Below, piece by piece: positions 44,101 through 64,000 of a DNA stretch of 64,000 bases. The notes below the pieces were generated by a model. The model ran no database searches, was not told the DNA's origin, and worked only from the letters and a program-made list of their open reading frames with translations. The DNA comes from Nitrospirales bacterium (GTDB lineage: Bacteria; Nitrospirota; Nitrospiria; Nitrospirales; UBA8639). How positions within the stretch are numbered: position 1 is the stretch's first letter; each line of letters begins with the position of its first letter. The translations under genes and the position numbers were made by a program. The stretch lies in the NCBI GenBank assembly GCA_965203295.1, contig CBDBCZ010000017.1, positions 1,376,001 to 1,440,000 of the forward strand, given 5' to 3'.

Positions 44101-47100
44101 CACGGGCGATCACTACACCATTGTTAGGAATGGGACCAGAAGGATACGCACCAGAGGCATACATTCCAGCACCTGAGAAAATAGAAATGAAGGTGAACGA
44201 CAGCTGTGTAATACAGACTCAAAGTGAAATAGAAAGCACAATACATTTAGCAAAAGGTAACCTACAGACTTATTGCAGTATTATTATCTTAGGTTCTAGT
44301 CTAAGAGCTAGGGTTTGAAACTTAGGTGTTAATGGACTAGCTAGCTAGCTCTAGTCTCATGATTTAATGTAACAAGCAATCAAAGTAGCACAACCATGAG
44401 CAAGTTATGAATCGCACCTATGATATTCATCTCAGTAGTAGCTAATCCGTAGTTTCCGTATGCATCTGATGCAGTGCAGGTGTGCTTGCCAGCATCGTAC
44501 CAATTCAGGCTTATAGTTCTGACAGATGATGATAAGCTTCTAGACGCAAAGCAGCCTCTCTCACTGCAAGGCGATGTGCTGGACCATCTGTAACGAACTG
44601 GCTCAGTAGCACCAATGACTTTGCAGGTAAGAGTTACAGAAGCACCAGGTTGGTAATTTGGTGGGCCAAAATTTACATCAGGAGTGGGAGCATAGTCTAT
44701 CACAATGGAAATATTCAAGGCTGTAGAAGAAAACGAATACGTAAGATTAATGGTATATAATATTAATCATAAAAATTACAATCACCATGTGATTAATACT
44801 AACCGTCTCCATCTGTTGAATTAAAACTTCCAAATGTATTATTAACTGTACACGAGTAATCTCCAGGAGTTGAATCATCTACTTCAAGAACATTCTTGTA
44901 TGTAGACCTACTTCTGTCGATAATGGTCTGTGTGTGCTTATAAGCTGTTCCATTAATGTCAATCGGGACACCATCTTTGGCCCACAGTAAATCAGTGGGT
45001 GGAGAATTGGTAGTCACACAAACAAGTGTAAAGGAGTCATTGGTGGTATCTTGTTCAAGGCTGGCAACTGGCCAAGGTTCGTATACATCTGAAGCATCTG
45101 AGTATAAAAGAAATGCAATTTTTACTGACTAGACAAAATCAGACCATCGAAATGAATGTAGAGCCATTGCAAGCACAGTATGGGAAACCTTAACTTATTG
45201 CCAAATGAATAATTTCTGAGGCAAACAGAGTTTCTATGTTTACTTGCAAATGCAGCTGGCAGTATATAAGCTAGACAACATGCAGGATAGAGTTAATATT
45301 TGCTGCAGAGGTCCCCGAATCACCTGCTTAGACCTGGGTCATTGCACAACACCTGGGTAACATCCCTTCCTGTGTAACATCCGTTTTAAATTTAGATATC
45401 TGCCTACACAATTTGTAACCTTGACACAACCTCTGATACAAAAAGGAAACCTGCCTACACCACAATATGAAAGGAAAACTGTGAAGGGATACATGTAACA
45501 GGAAACCGGTAGATAAGGGACAGGATGATAGCTGGACTAAGGGGTGACACAAAAAGGAAACCTGTCTACAGTACACCACAGTCCTATTCAATATGAAAGA
45601 AAAACTGTTAAGGGATATAAAGGCACATGTATATACGGTACTTATATCAGAGGCAGGATGCTGCCAGGACTAAGATACATCTGTCTAGCTACACCTCAGT
45701 CCTATTCAATGTACCAAGAAAGAGGGATAATCATGTAGATAAGATACAGGGGTGATGCCAGGACTAATTATAAGAAGTGACGCAGGTAATTTCAATACGA
45801 GGTGACAACTAAAACATTCTTAGACTAAAATACCGACAACAAGTGTAAAGGATTTGATGATAACCACTAAAGGAGATACGCTACATGTAGCTATGACAAC
45901 CATTGGTGTCATTCCTACTTTGTTTGGCTGTTTTGGGGATTCCACCCCACATGTTTTTTTCATGTGTTTGTTTGTCATGTATAGGTGTACAATATGTTTG
46001 CAGATTTCGGGTGACAGGATATTAGAATTGTGATGTATATAATCTTGGTGTTTTATTGTCTGCCTGGCTAATCATAGTCCAACATGTTAACTACAAACAC
46101 ACACATTTTAGAAGTTACTTTGGCAAAACACAGTCCCCTTCATGCTCCCCCAGCCAGCCAATAGTGATTGCAGTTCATAACATTGGAAAGTACAGGGCTA
46201 GCAGGGTTTCATGGGGGAGGGGGGGGGGGGGGGGGAACTGAGATACTACAATATTACGCATCATCTTTTGCATATTAACAATAATATTGACTAACAGTAT
46301 TTCCAATGTGTAAACACATGTGTTACAAGTATGGATAACAATTAGATTATCTTCTACATTCTTAGTTGAGAATGGAGCAACATCTAATCACATTACTAAT
46401 GTGTTTTCATTCTTAAATTCCCTCGGTAACCCAGACAACAATCCAGTTGTCTATATGACCATTCCTTTTTTTACCATGAATTATATATATACATATAACT
46501 TATCCTTTGCAGCACTATGATCACCGATCATCTAGGTAATAAGACCTTCCATTTCGGTGGATAAATTAATCTGCTACTCATAGCATTACCTGGTACTATG
46601 ACCGCAGTGTGACTTCACTGTCATATTATACAGGAAAACATAATTTAGACCTAGTCATGAATAATTCCCAATTGCCTCATGCATCTTTATTCACGATTTG
46701 TCAAAACTGAAGCACTAATCTTCAAATAGCTCAATGGCTTTCACAGCTGTCCTAACACTAGGTCTAAATCAGCTAATTAGACACCTCTGTGTCGGGCATC
46801 TCAGGATAATAGATACCTGGCTGCGCTCGCTATCTATTATCAGATACCTCCACCTCGGTATCTAACCTATATGTATATACTACTTACAATAGTTGTCGCT
46901 TGGGAACAGTCCAATGTTCAACTCAGTCAGTCCAGCTTCTCCATTTGCACGACAGGTGTATACTCCACGATAACCCTCGGTTAAAGCCTCAGTCCATCTC
47001 AGTGTAATTTGCATCACAGTCGAGTGATTATTTGTTGACTTGGTAATGTCAAAGGGACTCGTGCTGTCATTTATACTCATTCCATCTAAACCAATAAACT

Positions 47101-47868
47101 GTGTTGTGTGGTAATCTTCAGCACTAAACCAGCATGAAATGTTAAGCAATGCATGCTCATATAGAATAATGATTCCATTGTTAGGAAGTGAAGCATAAGA
47201 GCGTTCATCAAAACAGCCCGCACCTATGAGAATTTGTCAGCAAAATGGTTCAGATATACAACATCATAGGATATCTGTCCTATTTGCAATAATAAATGCT
47301 AGCAAATAGAACAAATAAATGCTTATAAAAAATATGCATTCTAATACACTTACCTACGATAGTCATATCAAGGCTGGCTGATGCATTTCGAATACAGTCG
47401 ACTCCAACGAAGTCTCTTGCAGTGCAAGTATGAACACCACTGTCAGAAGGTTGCAGGATCCGAGTTCCCACTGATCGTGTTGTCTGTCCATTCACAAAAC
47501 AGTTTCCCGAGCAATCAGATGACCAGTTGTAGGAGACCTGTCCAGCTGATCCAGGCACAACACATTTGAGAACGATAGAGCTAGCAATACGAAAGTATGG
47601 TGGGCTCAGGGTGAAGTCTGAAGGTTGTCGGTAGTAGTAATGTATTTCAACACTCAGACTTTCTTCTTCACAGGTTTCTGCTAAGAAAAAATATACATGT
47701 GCCACTGACATTCTAGCTGTATTTTATTTCAAGAGTATATAGTCTCAGACTATCCTAAGTAAGCATTCACAAGCGTATTAATATACCTTTTGCTTTCACT
47801 CCATTACTTCCAAGCTGCAGTACTAGTGCAATTATCAGCACACCAAGGACTGCACACAACTTAGACAT
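41107..47868 (-). CDS. Secreted multi-Ig-domain protein, copy A (signal peptide + 8 Ig-like domains + Cys-rich C-terminal domain), ~995 aa, intact
   Basis: Exons (-): 47868-47787 (MSKLCAVLGVLIIALVLQLGSNGVKAK, signal peptide), 47680-47354, 47223-46888, 45097-44804, 44720-44418, 44172-43867, 43504-43208, 42908-42654, 42106-41771, 41692-41637, 41502-41107. All Ig exons are phase 1-1 with lengths divisible by 3. C...W...GxYxC Ig motifs present; no transmembrane segment seen. Confidence 0.85.
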
Positions 47869-48715
47869 TTTGCTGGATTGCTCACATAGTATAATGCAGT
47901 TGGCCTGTAGCAATGCAGATCAAGTCAGTGCCAAAGACTTTTATATCGACCAATGACGGGATGCATGACGGTTGACCAATCAAGACGTCATAATACATCA
48001 CGGTAGGGCTTATTTCACGGAGCGGAACGGAACGACGGTCTGAAACACGGAATTGAAATAGGGGAGGGGCTCAGGGTGGGTGGGGCTGTACAGTGTGCAG
48101 TTTTGGCAGTAAGCTAAGATACAAAGTGGCACGTGTGCTCATGAGCAGCTCTACGTATAGTGAGTATAAATTTCGCTGTCTTTCGAGCCCAAAACACCTC
48201 ATTGGCAATTTCTAAAGTTGTCTCCATCCTCAAGAATCCGCCAGTTGATGATAATGTCAATACTTCCACCAGCAAGACCGAAGGCGGGTGAGATCTACAT
48301 CTTCCAGAGTGATGACAACACAAAGCATGGTATGTCGTACATGTACATGTACTTTTCCTTAAATTTGCCCCTTCCTACACTTTACTGCAATATTCCAATA
48401 TAATCCACAAGGGCTACTAGGAAGACAGGGGTGAAGTTAACATAATAGCAATCTGATCAGATGATTACATAGTTGTCACACATTTAGCACTTGGCATATA
48501 GCTAGCCTGTAGGGAGAAATATACAATCATCAGTTTTAGTAAAACCACATGCAGCTAAGCAATATTAAAATCAATACTGTAACAGTGGACATTGATTAAT
48601 TAAAGGACACCGTACCCCTGGACTAAGGACACCTCTGTATTAAGGACACTTTGCTTGTATCTTTCCTGGTGCATGGCTTTAAAACCTGAATTTGTTACAC
48701 AGCCCAGTGTTCTAT

Positions 48716-48755
48716 CATAGATAATAAATACTTCCGGAAGTGTATATTATCTATG
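48716..48755. mobile_element. 40-bp palindromic mini-insertion (CATAGATAATA termini) with 7-bp TSD
   Basis: GTTCTAT at 48709-48715 and 48756-48762; the paralogous site downstream of copy C (59838-59844) has a single GTTCTAT. Confidence 0.75.
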
Positions 48756-49107
48756 GTTCTATATACCGACTGCCTTGCAGCGTGTGTAAATACAGTATCA
48801 TTCTATGTGGGAAATCAAGCAATGATTATTATAGTTAAATCAGCTTTCCATCATACAGCCACTTAAAACATTTACCAGCTAATAAAATTTTACAAAAACA
48901 ATACAACAGAATTTGTATGACAGGTATAAATTTGTGATTAAGATGTCATTGCACGATACACACACTGCCAGACCTAACTGCTTCAGTGCTTTCCAGTCAG
49001 CTGCAGCTGATGAGACTCACATTGTTGCACACAAGCACACAATGTCATAATCGGTTCAACACACTGTTAGAAATTTAAAGCACTCGTTAATACAGTTAGC
49101 AAGATTG

Positions 49108-56646
<7,539 letters not shown>

Positions 56647-57439
56647 TTTGCTAGTACATGCAGTATAATACTGATTACAATCAGCACTGCACATCAATTG
56701 CTGGCAGAGCTTTAATTATTTTCAACAATGGTCGGCTATACCAGCTTATGACGATTATAGCTGAGGGTGCCGGCGGGCGCCCCTTTATGCGCAAGCTCGC
56801 GAGAACAATGGGCCTCATTTGCTTCTTGCAATGACCTGCGCTGCTCTCACTCATTGGCCTCCTAATTACGCAACGTTATATAGTACAGTACGACCAGGCC
56901 GGCCGCACCTTCCGGCGCAGCCTGATCACGTGCATCTTCCGGCGAAGCCTGATCACGTGCACCTTTCCGTATACATATACAGCCCATAAATATCCCCGAA
57001 GGAGCTGTTCTCCATAGCTAGTGATCGCAGTGGCAGTTTGGAGGCCGAAATGGGTAGGCTAACAGATTTACTGCAGGTGTAACAACATAGCAGTTGTCTT
57101 CGCAATAAACAAAGGTGCACCCAAGGATCCCCCGCTCGTGCGGCTCATGCGCACACTGTGTGCCTCATAAAGAGTCACCATATCAGCGCGTCGCATCGCA
57201 GGAGTGCGTAACACAGCAACAGACGCACTGCACTGTCCCTAATGTTTTTTTTTTTTTGTTTTTTTTTTTGATCCCCAATCCATTGGACGATCTAGCAACT
57301 GCTAGCTGCTAATTAAACCGCACTCTCCTGTGGACATCGCCCAATTGCTAACCTTAGCAACTGTGTCGCCTCGTCTACACAAGCCCATTATGCCTCGGCA
57401 CAACGTCGCTTCCTGTCACTCTGCCACTGCGTGAACATA

Positions 57440-58240
57440 ACACGGCCATTTTCAGTAGCTAATGGAGCGAACATTGGAGGAATTCGTTGTGTTGCCAGGC
57501 CAGCCGAGTACCTAAAGCATCACATCATAAAATGCTACCTCTCAGGCATCCAATTTGCACAGATACTGTTACGACTAGACCCCTTCAAACACAAGACAAT
57601 GCCACTATCGGACTACCTCCTACATTGCCTTATTAAACACGTAAAGCGAAGGCAGGGGAACCTCCAAAACCAAGACTATACCTATATATTACTCCTGGCA
57701 TAGCTACTGGGCTATTTGAAACTATATGGCTCAGGCCACTGGCTAACCCGGACCACATCACGGTGTCAGCTACCCTCAGCCCAAGGCTATGACCCAGAGG
57801 CCGGTACACCTTAACCTAGGCGACATAACACTAGACAGCCGTTAACTGATCTGCTTCCAGATCAAACAGAGCAAATACAGATCCAGGGCATGGACATCAA
57901 TGTTGGAACAACCAAAAAGAGAACTATGCCCTGTTCAGGCATTGGTCAACTATATCGTAGTACGTGGCACTGCTCCAGGACCACCCTTCGTATTCCAGTC
58001 CCGTACCCCTCTAGCAACCTCGAAACGCCTTGGTGACCAATGTACAGGCAACGCTCAAACAAGCAGGACTTGCACCAGAAGTGTACATATGGGACGCAGT
58101 TTCATGACAACGGCAAAGTGTGGCCTGAGGGCTTCCTCATCCAAACCCTGGGCCGCTGGGAGAGTACAAGGCTTACTTATAGCCTACATTATAATTCCAC
58201 CCCCCAAATGGCCACAGTGGAATGACTTCTGGTTACGAGA
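57440..58240 (+). pseudogene. Decayed tyrosine recombinase of a DIRS/Ngaro-type retrotransposon
   Basis: Frameshifted fragments LKHHIIKCYLSGIQFAQI..DPF, ELCPVQALVNYIVVRGTAPGPPFVFQSRTPL, GRSF..TTAK (degenerate GHSFRIGAATTA) and LIQTLGRWES, in the order expected for a DIRS-type YR domain. Confidence 0.75.
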
Positions 58241-59555
58241 GTGAGGTACATGTCATATTTTTTGGGGAGTCGCTAGCTATAAGTATGTGGCCTTAGCTGA
58301 TAAATGTGCCAAGAAAAAGTACATGTACCTAGTTTTATATCTGTGGATTCAATTTCACTTCAGTATGCTGATCAACATACGTACTCTTTTTGATCTCTTA
58401 GTGCTGCTGCTCTGAGGATGATGTTCCTGCACTCCCACATCCTGTGGGAATGACTGCTGGCAGTTTCTCCACTAGTAACAGCTAGTACCGCCACTACCGC
58501 AAGTTGTTCTTTAAATTACGTGTGAGTCCAGTGGTGGCTCCCGTAGTGCAGTCTTGATTTTTCCTTGGAAGGAAGTCTATACCAGCTGGGTATGTATACG
58601 TCGACATTATTGCTGACCTTGGAAGTGTACAACTGTCTTCTTGGTATTCCACATTGAATGATGATGAAGTCTCTGATACTGCGTGAGTAATCTGATTTGC
58701 AGAGTACCGTTGTGGAAAGCTTGACTGCATCAAATCCTGGTCGCAGGTGAGGGTCTGCATGCACATTCATAAACTACCCCACGATTTGCTGTCGTAATTC
58801 TTGGTTTGGCCGTGTGTTACAGCTCACTTCAGTGTTTGTTTTGTGCTACATGTATACACTATGTGTGTATATGTAGTGTCACCCTGTGACTTATCCAGCC
58901 CCAATGGATGAGCCTAGAATGGATGGGTTATTGGCCAGTGTCATGTTGTATGTTTTTCATTACACACAATTTCATTATTGCTATTTTGTAGGTGTGTTAT
59001 ATATACACTTGCTCTCTGATCTTGAAAAGATGGTAGTCAGTTGCCAATACCCAAAACTGGGTGATATTAAGGGTCTTGGCCAGTGTCATGTATGTTTTTT
59101 ATAACACAAAATTGTGTAGGCTTGTTGTATTATACACTTGCTCTTTGATACTGGTAGTCAGACTCAGTTGTCAATACCCAAAACTGGATGGTCTTAGACC
59201 ATTACAACAGCTAATTATGTGAAACGTCATTTGCTGAACTAAAAGAACATAATTATATATAGCTACAAACCTACCACTTTCTGGTGATGACACTCCATAT
59301 CTGCTTCCCTTCATTTCACACCACAGGGTTTGGGGTGATGTAAAGTGGCTTTTACTAAGCCGTACTGTGTTATGTGGTAGTTTTCAGCACTAATACAGCA
59401 GTCAATCGTATCACAGAGAATCAGGCCGTGCATCAAATATGGCCTGCCTTTCTTTCGAGTGTAGATGGATGCAAACAATTATTGAGATTGGGGGCACTCA
59501 TTTCGTCTACATACAAAGACTTTGCAACTGTCTTATGGGAAAATGCATAGACCAA

Positions 59556-59650
59556 TAGCCTCATTCCCAGACTCCACTCCCAAGCTATTTATCGTGCTGT
59601 GTATAAAAATGAGGAGGGAGCCAGGGGAGTAGAATCTAGGAACGAGGCTG
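59556..59650. mobile_element. Short element with TAGCCTC(A/G)TTCC termini
   Basis: tagcctcattcccagactc ... gaatctaggaacgaggctg, flanked by degenerate direct repeats tagaccaa/tggaccaa. Confidence 0.5.
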
Positions 59651-60212
59651 TGGACCAATTCAATCATTTATTTCCTTTAGGGACAGAAGACTACATAGTG
59701 TATTGCAGGGCAGGCCAGCATAGAGGACACTTTTAGCTCCAAATGAAGTTTTCTCTATGTCCATTTAGATTAGAAGCATTACTGAATTTGGGTGGCTTGT
59801 ATCTTACCTAAAACGTGAATTCATTATAGAGCCCAGTGTTCTATATACTTGGTTGCCTTGCATGCTGGTAAGTGTAAAACACAGTGTGTGTAAATACAGT
59901 GCCATTTTATGTGGGAAATCAAGCAATGATTATAAATTAAATCAGCTTTCCATCATACAAACACCTAAAAACACTACCAGCTAATAAAAACAATACAACA
60001 TTGCAGGTACCTGTATAAATTTTATCATTAAAATGTCATTGCACAATGCGTACAGTGCCAGACCTAACTGCTTCAGTGCTTTCCAGTCAGCTGCAGCTGG
60101 TGACTCATAATTTGCACACAAGCACACAATGTCATAATCGGTTACAACACACTGTTAGTTAATAATAGCAGTTTACAGCACTCAGAGAATTTTTACACAG
60201 TTAGCAAGACTG

Positions 60213-63200
60213 TTAGCCAGACATACTTGCTAAGCATTTCTCAAAGCAGCCTCCTGCAGCAATGATGGGCATAGTGGCATTCGTAGCACACTCTGGCTCA
60301 TGGAAGGACTGGATGCGAAGTGGGCACTCAGTACTGGTCCTCAGACGAATCGTGGTAGAATAGCCGGTAGGGAATGTTCCTTCGGTTGCAATCCAATCTT
60401 CCACAAAAGCCAACAGTTCAGGCGCAGTGAAAGTGTTACTAGTTCCCCTGATCCTACTCCGGTAGACCACTTCATTGATGGTAGTCTGACAGCTGAACTC
60501 TCCGGTGTCAATTGAAGAAGATGAGAATCCACAATTGCATCGTTCTCGGATCGCATTAGTTAATGCATTCTTGATGTAGTCCGACATAGACCATGCTTTG
60601 TCTTCCTATAATAATATCGATAGGCATGCATATAGCTAAATTTATGCATAATAACATGTCTGTAACACACTAATATAGGTAGCTAAATGTACACCATGCA
60701 ATAAAGTCTCCTGATGATCCAAAGTATCCTGTAATTATGGAATACAGTAGTCATTGAGACAGTTTAACTAACCGTCCAGTGTATGCAATATTGAATAGGT
60801 CCCACTTTGAGCTGAAATAGCGAAGTGCCTGCAGATGGAATCATTATTGGAGCAGATCACACAATGAAATCCTTATCAACTACTCTTCTAGCTTTTCAAA
60901 AGAGCTATGGCCATGTATAAATTACGATAACAGTGTCTGACTGGTGTTGAACTATGTGCACTGCACAGATGGATTCTTTCAGTGTCAATTATCAACCTGT
61001 TTTCCATCAAATAATATACATGACAGATAGTGTTCCTTCTAGTGTGCTTGTATATGCACATAACTATACATTTATTCTTAGCATTGACATGATACAGTTG
61101 TTTAAGTACCAATTTGCCAACTCAGCTACCAAAGCACTATAGTAACGACTCGTACTAATATAACACCAGGTTGTCTATGGCATGTTTATACGTATTATTG
61201 TTAGTATATGTTACTATAGTAGCAAGTGTATGGAATAATTTTCATAGAGTATAGTAAGAATCCCTTAGAGCATGGGCAACTATGTTCTAACAAGGCCGAA
61301 GCGAAGCCGAGGTCTAGTTAGGACATAGCTGCCCATTCTCTGAGTTATTTTAGTATAATATGTTAACTGCAAGAATTTAATCTGGCAGCTTCCTATGCTC
61401 TATGGGATTCTTACTATACTCTATGAAAATTATTCCATACACTTGTTACTATAGTAACATATACTAAGCTATACTAAGTATGTGGCTTTTGCTTTTAATA
61501 AATTGATTAGTTAGTAGTAGTTTCAGTATTAGGTAATAATTGAACCGGAAAACAAGAAACGATTGATGCTTTACAGTTTCACACGATGATTTCAGTGTAC
61601 TAGGATAATTATCTAGCAATAAAGACGAGAATCTCCAGTGATTAGTCTTCTTTACTTACTTGTAACTATCAAATCATACTCCTCTACCAGTGGCGGGGGA
61701 ATATTCAGTCCAGGAACATCCACAGAGGCCTCACATGTGTAAATACCTCCTTGAGATGATTTCAAGTCTTTGAATACAAGCACACTGGTTGTGGACACAG
61801 TGGTTGAATTCACTATAAAATCGGCGATGTCATCATCATAAACCGCAGCACCATTCGAGTCCAGCCAGGATACAAAAACGTTGTCTTGCGGCAGACCACC
61901 AACAGTTGTCACAACACATGTCAGGTTGAACTCTTGACCCTCAGTTTGTACCCCTTGTGCAGTCACTTCAACAGTACCCCAGACATCATGAACTAAGGAA
62001 TATAATAGGCAACACATAATGTACAATAGTGAAGGCGCTATAACTGCCTGAGCAGTGTGTAATTAAGATTTCATAAGAAACATTGTATTGTGTGATTCTG
62101 TACTAGCTTTGCTGCTAGAAGTAGCTACACAATTTGAAGCAGAGGTATAATATTCCAAGAGGCTATTTGATAAAAGCACCTCTTCATCTTTGTAATTCTC
62201 CACATCATCCAAATAAACAAACACTTTAACACCCAATACATAATTGAAAGTGAATATTTTCTGAAACATCGAGAGGATTATTATCCTACAATACAATACA
62301 GTGACATTGTAACTCACTTTGAGCTGAAATAGTGACAGCCTCTTCCTGTATACCATATGGACTGGTGGCACGACAAGTATAGTGTCGACCATGAGAACTT
62401 GCGGTAAGTGGTTGGAATACTAAATCAACTACTGAAGTACCAGTTGCAGATTGCACTATAGGAATCCTGTCATAGTCGAGCCAAACAATACTAGTGATGC
62501 CCAAATCACTTGTGCAAGTGATCTCTGCAGGTGTACCTACTGTGAAGGTATTTTCAAGTCCACTTAACTAAAGACCTAAATCAAAAAAGAAATTATTGAT
62601 TACATGTATATATATCTCAAGCAGATCTGCATTACAGATTAGTAAATAGGAGCTGTGCTTGCAAGCATGTTTGATGGTAGAAAACAAGTCAATGCATGAA
62701 TGGGGAAGGAGTGGAGGTGCCATTCATTAATCCCTATATGCTTAGCAGAGTGGTTCTCAAGTGTTTCGATGTGCTGGCATGACTTTGTTAGTCAAATAGT
62801 CAGAAGACCAGTACAGCACCTGCTATGCACACTTATAACTGACCTTGAATGGTAATGCTCCGATAATTTGTTCCAAACACATTACGAACAATGCATTTGT
62901 ATATGCCTGGCAGATTACTTGGGATATCGTTAATGAAAAGGAGATTTTGATATGTAGAAGAGGTGCGGGATGTCACCGTCTGCTGCTGTTTGTATACTCT
63001 TCCATCGATGGTGATATTGACTCCATCTTTCACCCATGTAACGAAGGTGGCTGCTGAGTAAGTTGACGTGCACTCCAGTGTGAAAGTTTGAGTTGAAGGA
63101 AGCTGACGTAAGTGTGTCACTCTAGGAGCCGCTGCAGAACAAAGTGAAGACAATAACAACGGCTAAGTGGGATTTATAGCTTAATCACATCTTCAGCTTC

Positions 63201-64000
63201 CTTTGCACTCATGGGCATATGCTCTACATATGGAAAGGACTATATATATATCTCATTACATACCCATACCACCCTCCGAGCACTACTGTTTGTATATGTG
63301 AAGTTTAGCTTGCACATGTATATAATTATACCATGGTGGTTTTCACACACTTGACCACTGGAGTGAGTAGTGCTACAGTTATGACTGAGTCCTATGTTTG
63401 TTTGCCACCCAGATAGGCTACAAATGGACTCAGTAGCTAATAAAATGAACACGCCTCATTGTCCAAATGCCAACTAAAAAACAATCCAACACACTGAACT
63501 TACTACTAAATCTGTAGTTATATATTCCAACATTCAACTTCAAAGAAGTGCCATTTACATCTGTCACATGTGCAGTGTGTACTCCTTCATAGGGATTACC
63601 ATCACGGGTGTACATTCTAGCCACACCAGCCCTGTAACTACCGTGGAAAGAGATATCACTGTAGCGCTGCGCCCTAGTATAGTAGCTACCATGCATGACG
63701 GTAGAGGAGTTTGTGATGCAAAGAATATCGATCTTATATGAGCCTGAATAGCTTGCCCTCACTGCACTGTTGTTAGGGATGGAACCAGAAGGATATCCAT
63801 TGGAGACATACATTCCAGCGCCTGAGAAAATGGAAATGATGCGAAGTATTCGTTTGTTAAAAAAAAATAGCTATTCAAACTACAGACCCTAAGTTAACTG
63901 TTACCGGTAGCAAATAGTACAAAAACCAACCAATATAAATGGTCATAATGTTACAGTACACAGTATTGGAATCCTTTAACTTTAAATAGGTTTCAGAGAC
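60213..64000 (-). CDS. Multi-Ig-domain protein, copy C (3' part only; 5' exons lie beyond the window); in-frame TAG in one Ig exon
   Basis: Exons (-): 63821-63504, 63131-62844, 62575-62318 (GGT CTT TAG; stop at 62568-62570 where copies A and B have CAA), 61992-61660, 60828-60773, 60605-60213. Near-identical to copy B, introns included, over ~61650-64000 vs ~50390-52760. Confidence 0.75.
61201..61467. repeat. Long inverted repeat / foldback element (73-bp arms, 2 mismatches)
   Basis: 61201-61273 vs 61395-61467; inner inverted repeat around aggccgaagcgaagccgagg. Confidence 0.8.

Noticed and set aside
58494..58770. 84-90-aa ORFs on the - strand next to the YR relic
   Set aside because: No motif I can support; possibly decayed transposon-derived sequence.

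Overview
Eukaryotic, intron-rich and microsatellite-rich animal DNA. The repeat families and gene style suggest a demosponge, possibly a freshwater sponge; this is inference. About 1-20 kb: no coding exons found, dense in MITEs, SINE-like elements and minisatellites. 20527-39926 (+): a complete 24-coding-exon ZMIZ1/2-type gene (~1320 aa; Zmiz N-terminal domain, Ala-rich motif, SP-RING/MIZ finger), with many 3' splice sites preceded by (CA)n instead of a pyrimidine tract. 41107 to beyond 64000 (-): a tandem cluster of at least three paralogous genes for secreted multi-Ig-domain proteins, one phase-1 exon per domain, ending in a Cys-bordered non-Ig domain. Copy A is intact (8 Ig-like domains). 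Copy B has 11 Ig-like domains and a 14-bp frameshifting deletion. Copy C is partial and has an in-frame TAG. One Tyr/Ser/Arg-rich Ig-like domain shows concentrated amino-acid divergence between otherwise near-identical copies B and C. A decayed DIRS/Ngaro-type tyrosine recombinase lies at ~57.4-58.2 kb. Exon boundaries were read by eye from GT/AG sites with phase checks; no database searches were run.
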